Shown: piece by piece, positions 57,674-64,000 of the stretch
Position numbering within the stretch: the stretch's first letter is position 1
Layout of the letters: every line of letters starts with the position of its first letter
Assembly (NCBI GenBank): GCA_963667785.2
Contig: CAXXMU010000002.1
Span: forward strand, 672,001-736,000
Origin: Alphaproteobacteria bacterium
Lineage (GTDB): Bacteria > Pseudomonadota > Alphaproteobacteria > UBA828
DNA: 64,000 nucleotides
Direction: 5' to 3'
The notes under the pieces: generated by a model
Seen by the model: only the letters and a program-made list of their open reading frames with translations
Told to the model about the DNA's origin: nothing
Database searches by the model: none
Position numbers and translations under genes: made by a program

Positions 57674-59077
57674 CTACTCGGCGGAAGCGGCGAGGGGCTC
57701 CGGGCCCATGCCTTCGCGGGAGGCCGCGTCGGCGAGCGCGTCCAGCACGTCGCCGAGGGTTCCCATCAGCTCGCCGATCTGCGCCTCCGTGATGATGAAG
57801 GGCGGGGCGACGATCACGGCATCCCCGATCGGCCGCGTCACGAGGCCCCGCTCGTAGGCAAGGCTCACGATCCGCTCGCCGACCTCGTGCTCCGGCGCGA
57901 AGGGGCGCTTGCCGGCCCTGTCGGCGACGATCTCGAGCGCACCGAGCAGGCCGACGTGACGCACCTCGCCTACCAGCGGATGGTCCTCGAAGGCGCCGAG
58001 CGCCGCCTCGAAGGCGGGTGCCACCGCCCTCACATTGTCCAGCAGGCCGCCCGGCTCGGTGATCAGCGCGATGGTCTCCAGCGCGACGGCGGCGGCGACC
58101 GGGCTGCCGCCGGTCGTGAATCCGTGGGGGAACTCGTCGTATTCGCCGGCCGCGCGGTGCAGCCGGCTGTCCATCTCAGGCGAGAGAAGCACAGCCGCCA
58201 TCGGGGCGTAGCCGGAGGTGAGCGCCTTCGAGGTGACCAGGATGTCCGGCGTGAAGTCGTAGGTCTCCGCGCCCCAGAGGTTGCCGGTGCGGCCCAGCCC
58301 GGTGACCACCTCGTCGGCGACGAACGGGATGCCGTGGCGGTTCAGGATCGCCTGAATGCGCGGGAAGTAGCCGGCCGGCGGCGGCACGGCGCCGCCCGCG
58401 CCCATCACCGGCTCGGCGAAGAAGCCGGCGATGGACTCGGGCCCCTCCGACTCGATCAGCCCCTCCAGCTCGGCCGCGAGGCGCTCGACATAGGCCGCCT
58501 CGCTCTCGCCGGGATGGGCGTTTCGCCAGTAGTGGGGCGCCTCCACATAGCGCACCTCCGGCAGCGGCAGCCCGAAGGCGCCGATGTAGGGCTTTCCGTT
58601 GAGGCTGCAGGAGGCCACGGTCGTGCCGTGATAGGCCATCGAGCGGGAGATGAGCGTGCGCCGCGCCGGCTCGCCGGCTCCGCGCGCCATCATCCAGAGC
58701 ATCTTGATCGCGGTGTCGTTCGCCTCCGAGCCGGAGTTGACGAAATAGACCCGCGCGACCTCCATCGGTGCGATCTCGACCAGCTTCTCGGCCAGCACGA
58801 CGGGCGGCAGGGCGGTGCGGCCGAAGAAGGTGTGGTAGGCCGGCATCTGCGCCATGGCGTCGGCCGCCGCCTGCACGATCCGGGGCTCGCTGAATCCGGC
58901 GACCACGTTCCACAGGCCCGAGACGCTCTCCAGATAGCGCTTGCCATGCGTGTCGTGGACATAGATACCTTCGCCCCGCTCCAGCACGAGCGGGCCGTCC
59001 CGTTCCAGGCTGGGGAGATGGGTGTACGAATGAAGATGATGCGCAAGATCGCGCGCCTCGGGGGAGTTCAGCGCCAT
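57674..59077 (-). CDS. Class III aminotransferase (omega-transaminase-like)
   Basis: GLWN, SGSEAND, AYHG, EPVMGAGG, ADEV.TG.GRTG, SKALTSGY (PLP Lys), HGFT. Confidence 0.92.
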   Translation of the reverse strand: MALNSPEARDLAHHLHSYTHLPSLERDGPLVLERGEGIYVHDTHGKRYLESVSGLWNVVAGFSEPRIVQAAADAMAQMPAYHTFFGRTALPPVVLAEKLVEIAPMEVARVYFVNSGSEANDTAIKMLWMMARGAGEPARRTLISRSMAYHGTTVASCSLNGKPYIGAFGLPLPEVRYVEAPHYWRNAHPGESEAAYVERLAAELEGLIESEGPESIAGFFAEPVMGAGGAVPPPAGYFPRIQAILNRHGIPFVADEVVTGLGRTGNLWGAETYDFTPDILVTSKALTSGYAPMAAVLLSPEMDSRLHRAAGEYDEFPHGFTTGGSPVAAAVALETIALITEPGGLLDNVRAVAPAFEAALGAFEDHPLVGEVRHVGLLGALEIVADRAGKRPFAPEHEVGERIVSLAYERGLVTRPIGDAVIVAPPFIITEAQIGELMGTLGDVLDALADAASREGMGPEPLAASAE

Positions 59078-59157
59078 CGCTCGGGACCTCGAACCGTTCC
59101 GTCGGTGGTGGCCGGCCCCGCCCGGCGCCGCGCGCAAGCGCGAACCGCGGAGCGACC

Positions 59158-60132
59158 ATGCCGAAGGTGATCATACACGACGCGATCGACGATGCCGGCA
59201 CCGATCTGCTGGCGGAGCGCAGCGACCTCGCCGTCCTGGCGGTCGAGCGGGACGACGAGGCCACGTTGCGCCGCGAGATCGCCGATGCCGACGGCCTCAT
59301 CCTGCGCTACCTGCCGCTCCGCGCCGGGATTCTGGAGGCCGCGACACGGCTCAAGGTGGTCGCGCGTCACGGCGTCGGCTGCGACAACATCGACATGGCG
59401 GCGGCGACCGCGCGCGGGATTCCGGTCGCAACCGTGGGCGACGCCAACGCCGTCACCGTCGCCGAGCTCACCCTCTACTTCATGCTGGCGGCCGCGAAGC
59501 GGGCCCGCCACTACGACGAGGCGGTCAGGCGCGGCGACTTCCTCGTGCGCGAGGCCGCCGATCATCTCGAGCTCTACAGGAAGACCGTGCTGATCGTCGG
59601 CTTCGGGCGCATCGGGCGGCGGGTCGCGGCGCGCTGCCTGGCCTTCGACATGCGCGTCGAGTGCTGCGATCCGTACATTCCGCAGATGGACATCATCGAC
59701 GCCGGCTGCGTGCCGGTCGCCGACCTCGCCGAGGCACTGCCGCGCGCGGACTACGTGAGCGTGCACGTGCCGCTGAACGACGAAACCCGCCACCTGATCG
59801 ACCGGGCGGCGCTGGAGCGGATGAAGCCGGGCGCGATCCTCGTGAACGCCGCCCGGGGACCGATCGTCGACGGCGCGGCCCTCCATGCGGCGCTCGAATC
59901 GGGCCGTCTGGCCGGCGCGGGCCTCGACGTCTTCGACGAGGAGCCACCGCGACCTGACGATCCGCTGCTGAGCCACCCGGCGACGGTGCTTATGCCGCAC
60001 ATGGGGGGCTCCTCGCGCGGCGCCTTCATCCGCATGGCGACCCGGTGCGCGCAGAACGTGCTCGACGCGCTGGACGGCCGGCTGGACCGGTCCGTCGTCG
60101 TCAATCCCGAGGCGTTCGACCGAAGCGCCTGA
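59158..60132 (+). CDS. D-isomer-specific 2-hydroxyacid dehydrogenase
   Basis: ARHGVG.DNID, GFGRIG, HVPL..ET, NAARG, LDVF.EEP, PH. Confidence 0.92.
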   Translation: MPKVIIHDAIDDAGTDLLAERSDLAVLAVERDDEATLRREIADADGLILRYLPLRAGILEAATRLKVVARHGVGCDNIDMAAATARGIPVATVGDANAVTVAELTLYFMLAAAKRARHYDEAVRRGDFLVREAADHLELYRKTVLIVGFGRIGRRVAARCLAFDMRVECCDPYIPQMDIIDAGCVPVADLAEALPRADYVSVHVPLNDETRHLIDRAALERMKPGAILVNAARGPIVDGAALHAALESGRLAGAGLDVFDEEPPRPDDPLLSHPATVLMPHMGGSSRGAFIRMATRCAQNVLDALDGRLDRSVVVNPEAFDRSA

Positions 60133-60228
60133 GCCGCGTGCCGCGGCCGCTCCCACGCCCGAACGATCGCCGCCGCAGGGAAGACGGGGCTTGGCGCGCG
60201 GGCGCCGCGCGTGGCATAGGGGGCCGCC

Positions 60229-61242
60229 ATGAAACGGCGCGAGTCGCGATTCGGGCTGAATTCCCTGCGTGTGGCCGCCGGCGCGGCGCTCGTCGCGGCA
60301 CTTCTGGTCGGCGGCGGCGGGGCGGCGCAGGAGGTCGACGTCGAGAGCTTCGCCCAGTGGCGCGAGGGCGTGCGCAGCGAGGCGCTGGATCTCGGCATCG
60401 GCGCGGCCACCTTCGATCGGGCGTTCGAAGGCATCGAGCCGATTCCGCGCATCATCGAGCTGGACCGCCACCAGCCCGAGACCACCATCACCTTCGCCGA
60501 GTACATGGAGCGCGTGGTCCCGGAGTCGCGCGTGGCCCAGGGGCGGGAGCTTCTCGCCGCCCATCGCGACCTGCTGGAGCCGATCGGGCGGAAGTTCGGC
60601 GTGCCGCCCCGCTTCATCGTCGCACTATGGGGCATCGAGACGAGCTACGGCCGCTATCTGGGCGGGTTCCCGGTGATCGGCGCGCTGGCGACGCTCGCCC
60701 ATGACGGACGGCGCAGCGACTATTTCCGCCAGGAGCTGATGCATGCGCTCCGCATCCTGGAGGACGGCCACATCGCGCCCGAGGCTATGGTGGGGAGCTG
60801 GGCGGGCGCCATGGGGCAGAGCCAGTTCATGCCGTCGAGCTTCGTGCGCTACGCCGTGGACTACGACGGCGACGGCCGACGCGACATCTGGGGCACCCAG
60901 GGCGACGTGTTCGCCTCCGCCGCCAACTATCTCGTGCAGGCCGGATGGCGCACCGGCGAAACCTGGGGGCGGGCCGTGCGGCTGCCGGAGGGATTCGACC
61001 CCGCGCTGGTCGGGTTCGAAGTGAGCAAGTCGCTGGACGACTGGCGCGCGCTCGGCCTGCGGCGGGCCGACGGGAGCGATCTGCCGCAGGTGGCGATCAG
61101 CGGCTCCGTGGTCCTGCCCGGCGGGGAGGAGGGGCCGGCATACCTCGTCTACGGCAACTACCGGACGATCATGCGGTGGAACCGCTCCTTCTACTTCGCG
61201 ACCGCTGTCGGCACGCTGGCCGACAGGATCGGGGGGCGGTAA
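60229..61242 (+). CDS. mltB: Lytic murein transglycosylase (MltB family)
   Basis: ALWGIETSYG, GSWAGAMGQSQFMPSS, ASAANYL, WNRS. Confidence 0.92.
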   Translation: MKRRESRFGLNSLRVAAGAALVAALLVGGGGAAQEVDVESFAQWREGVRSEALDLGIGAATFDRAFEGIEPIPRIIELDRHQPETTITFAEYMERVVPESRVAQGRELLAAHRDLLEPIGRKFGVPPRFIVALWGIETSYGRYLGGFPVIGALATLAHDGRRSDYFRQELMHALRILEDGHIAPEAMVGSWAGAMGQSQFMPSSFVRYAVDYDGDGRRDIWGTQGDVFASAANYLVQAGWRTGETWGRAVRLPEGFDPALVGFEVSKSLDDWRALGLRRADGSDLPQVAISGSVVLPGGEEGPAYLVYGNYRTIMRWNRSFYFATAVGTLADRIGGR

Positions 61243-61261
61243 GCGCCGGCCGGCCAGGCCG

Positions 61262-62233
61262 ATGAGACTGCACCGCCTTCTCCTCGCGTCGTTCGCCCTC
61301 TGCCTGCTTGCGCTCGCCGGGTGCGAAAGCGTGCAGCTTGCGTCCCATGTCGCCAAGACGATGAGGACCGCCGCCGTCGTCCCGGAGACCCGGCCGCTCC
61401 CCCGTGGCGCCCAGTCCCACTACAAGTTGGGCGCGCCCTACGCCATCAGCGGCAACTGGTACTATCCGAGCTACGATCCCAGCTACGACCGCACCGGCAT
61501 CGCCTCGTGGTACGGACCGGGCTTCCACGGCCGGCCGACGGCGAACGGCGAGCGCTTCGACATGAACGCAGTGAGCGCCGCCCACCCCACGCTGCCGTTG
61601 CCGAGCCGGGTCCGCGTGACCAACCTCGAGAACGGGCGCCAGCTGGACGTACGGGTGAACGATCGCGGCCCCTTCATCGACGGGCGCCTGATCGACCTGT
61701 CGCGCCGCGCGGCGCAGCTTCTCGGCTTCCATCGCGAGGGGCTGGCGCGGGTCCGGGTCGAGTATCTGGGGCTCGACGACCCGCTGCCCGATGCGCCGCC
61801 GGCTCCTGCGGATCGTCCGGTCCGCGTCGCCACAGCCGACGCACCGCCCGTCGTCTTCAAGCCTCGCATCCGCCGCGACGAGCTCGCGGCCGCAGCCCGG
61901 GTGGAGCCCGTGCCGCAAGTCAAGCCCGTGCGGACGGCGGAGCCGGCGCCGCGCCCTCCCCGGGCCCGGCTCGGGGCCGGTGGCGATGCATCCTCGCAGG
62001 CATTCCTGATCGAGGCCGCCGTGCTCGAAGGACACGACGCGGCCCAGCGCCTGGGCGCCCGGGTGCGCTCCTTCGGCAGCGTCGCGGTCGAGCCGGAACG
62101 GCGCGGCGGGCGGCTGGTCTACGCGGTCCGCATCGGCCCGGTCGATTCCGACGACGAGGCCGCCTCCATCGTCGCCCGGCTGGCCCGTGCCGGCGTCACC
62201 GGCTCGCAGATCGTCGCCGCCAAGTATCGCTGA
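61262..62233 (+). CDS. rlpA: Septal ring lytic transglycosylase RlpA lipoprotein with SPOR-like C-terminus
   Basis: Lipobox LAGC; GIASWYG..FHG..TANGE..AAHPTLP..RVNDRGPF..IDLS. Confidence 0.92.
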   Translation: MRLHRLLLASFALCLLALAGCESVQLASHVAKTMRTAAVVPETRPLPRGAQSHYKLGAPYAISGNWYYPSYDPSYDRTGIASWYGPGFHGRPTANGERFDMNAVSAAHPTLPLPSRVRVTNLENGRQLDVRVNDRGPFIDGRLIDLSRRAAQLLGFHREGLARVRVEYLGLDDPLPDAPPAPADRPVRVATADAPPVVFKPRIRRDELAAAARVEPVPQVKPVRTAEPAPRPPRARLGAGGDASSQAFLIEAAVLEGHDAAQRLGARVRSFGSVAVEPERRGGRLVYAVRIGPVDSDDEAASIVARLARAGVTGSQIVAAKYR

Positions 62234-62318
62234 CGGCCTTGCGGCGCTTGGCCCGGCCCATGGCGAGGGTGTACATCTTGGTGGTCGCCATGTTCCCGGA
62301 CCGAGGAGCCGATACACG

Positions 62319-63491
62319 ATGGCCGACCGCCGTGGAATGAGCCGCCGTCCCTGGCTCGGCGCTCTCTGCTGCGCCCTGGGGCTCGGCGCGCTCGTCGCCG
62401 TCTCGCACCCCCGCCCGTCCGCCGCGATCGAAACCAGCGCAAAGCAGTTCGTCCTGGTCGATGCTGCGACCGGCATGACGCTCGCCGCAAAGAATGCGGA
62501 CGAGCCGATGTATCCGGCGTCCATGAGCAAGATCATGACGCTCTACATCGCTTTCGAGCATCTGGCGGAGGGTCGCCTCGCCATGGAGGACACCTTCACG
62601 GTCAGCCCGAAGGCCTGGCGGATGAAGGGATCGCGGATGTTTCTCGAGGTCGATTCCAGGGTGACGGTCGGCGAGCTGCTGCGCGGGATCATCGTGCAGT
62701 CGGGCAACGATGCCAGCATCGTGCTGGCCGAAGGCATTGCCGGGTCGGAGAGCGCGTTCGCCGACATGATGAACGACAAGGCGGCGGAGATCGGTCTCGA
62801 CGACAGCCACTTCACCAACGCCACCGGCTGGCCGGACCCGGACCACGTGACCACGGCAAGCGATGTCGCCGAGCTGTCGCGGCGGATCATCGCGGACTTC
62901 CCCGAGTACTATCCGATGTTCGCGGAGAAGACCTACACCTACAACGGTATCCGCCAGGGCAACCGCAACCCGCTGCTCTACCGCTACGACGGGGCCGACG
63001 GCCTGAAGACGGGCTACACCAGCGTCTCCGGCCACGGTCTCGCCGCATCGGCGAAACGTGGCGAGCAGCGCCTGGTGCTGGTGGTGAACGGTCTCGACGG
63101 CGTCAACGTCCGCGCGCGAGAATCCGAGCGCCTGCTGGACTACGGCTTCCGGGCCTTCAAGACCTACGTCCTGTTCCGGGCCGGCGAGGTGGTCGACGAG
63201 TTCGATGTCTGGTTCGGCGAGGCCGACGTGGTGCCGCTGGTGGTGGATCGCGACGTTACGCTGTTGATGCCGCGCTCATCCCGCAAGCACATGGTGGTCA
63301 AGATCGTGGCCGACAGCCCGATCGCGGCGCCGGTCGAAAGCGGAGCGCCGGTGGCCCGGCTGGTAGTGAGCGCGCCTGAGGTCGAGACGCGCGAGTGGCC
63401 GCTGCTGGCGGGTGCCACGGTGGACAGCCTCTCCGGCTTCGGGCGAATCGGTGCCGCGATCGACGCATTGATCTGGGGCCGGGGCGGCTAG
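62319..63491 (+). CDS. dacA: D-alanyl-D-alanine carboxypeptidase (PBP5 family)
   Basis: ASMSK (SxxK), SGNDA, KTG; RBS GAGGAG upstream of 62319. Confidence 0.9.
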   Translation: MADRRGMSRRPWLGALCCALGLGALVAVSHPRPSAAIETSAKQFVLVDAATGMTLAAKNADEPMYPASMSKIMTLYIAFEHLAEGRLAMEDTFTVSPKAWRMKGSRMFLEVDSRVTVGELLRGIIVQSGNDASIVLAEGIAGSESAFADMMNDKAAEIGLDDSHFTNATGWPDPDHVTTASDVAELSRRIIADFPEYYPMFAEKTYTYNGIRQGNRNPLLYRYDGADGLKTGYTSVSGHGLAASAKRGEQRLVLVVNGLDGVNVRARESERLLDYGFRAFKTYVLFRAGEVVDEFDVWFGEADVVPLVVDRDVTLLMPRSSRKHMVVKIVADSPIAAPVESGAPVARLVVSAPEVETREWPLLAGATVDSLSGFGRIGAAIDALIWGRGG

Positions 63492-63526
63492 CCCGGCCTC
63501 CCTGCCATGGTCACGGCCTGCGTCGC

Positions 63527-64000
63527 ATGACGCGCGGACGCTTCATCACGCTGGAGGGCGGCGAGGGCGCCGGCAAGACGGCACAGACCGCCCGCCTCTG
63601 CGCGGCGCTCGAGGCGCGCGGCGTGGGCACGCTCGCCACCCGCGAGCCCGGCGGCTCGCCCGGGGCCGAGGAGATCCGCAAGCTCCTGGTCTCCGGCCCG
63701 GCCGAGCGTTGGGACCCGCTCGCCGAGGCGATGCTGCACGCGGCGGCGCGGCGCGATCACCTGCAGCACACCATCGAGCCGGCGCTCGCGCGGGGCCTCT
63801 GGGTCGTCTCGGACCGCTTCGTCGATTCGATGATGGTCTACCAGGGCCACGGCCAGGGCGCCGACCTCGCCGTCATGGAGCGTCTCAGCCAGCTCTCCCT
63901 CGACGGATTCGCGCCCGACCTGACGATCGTGCTGGACATTCCGGTGGCGGAGGGGCTTGCGCGCGCCGGCGCGCGCGCAGGCTCCAATCGCTACGAGCGC
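63527..64000 (+). CDS. tmk: Thymidylate kinase (3'-truncated by window)
   Basis: MTRGRFITLEGGEGAGKT, TREPGG, SDRF.DS..YQG, PDLT. Confidence 0.93.
   Translation, partial: MTRGRFITLEGGEGAGKTAQTARLCAALEARGVGTLATREPGGSPGAEEIRKLLVSGPAERWDPLAEAMLHAAARRDHLQHTIEPALARGLWVVSDRFVDSMMVYQGHGQGADLAVMERLSQLSLDGFAPDLTIVLDIPVAEGLARAGARAGSNRYER

Overview
Very GC-rich chromosomal window, most likely from an alphaproteobacterium (Rhodospirillales-like), judged from the bcp-glnE-AsmA/YhdP and mltB-rlpA-dacA-tmk gene orders, CIRCE-controlled groESL and CGTC-tagged REP repeats. A host-associated (e.g. sponge) lifestyle is only a guess from the giant Calx-beta/FN3 adhesin. Left to right: CIRCE-groES-groEL (divergent GroEL); a catabolic patchwork (CMD-like protein, LLM oxidoreductases, hydantoinase B, acetoacetate decarboxylase family, SDR, orphan Phd antitoxin, amidohydrolase, RidA, SMP-30 lactonase, isochorismatase-like hydrolase) whose 4.5-11 kb part carries many single-base frameshifts; mgtE; an Urt/AmiC-type ABC importer with a PhyH dioxygenase, LLM, M20 hydrolase and alpha/beta hydrolase; an unusual three-gene split glutamate-synthase-like system (GlxB, GlxC-GlxD fusion, GltD fused to a degenerate FMN barrel); an aspartyl-protease-like gene and larA; a 4384-aa autotransporter adhesin preceded by an in-frame polyproline-stop leader ORF; tungsten-type AOR plus MoaD; bcp; glnE with a degenerate N-terminal catalytic motif; an AsmA/YhdP-like lipid-bridge protein with a 178-aa module triplicated; and housekeeping genes up to a partial tmk. 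I saw no rRNA, tRNA, CRISPR array or transposase gene. All family calls come from motif recognition by eye; no searches were run.
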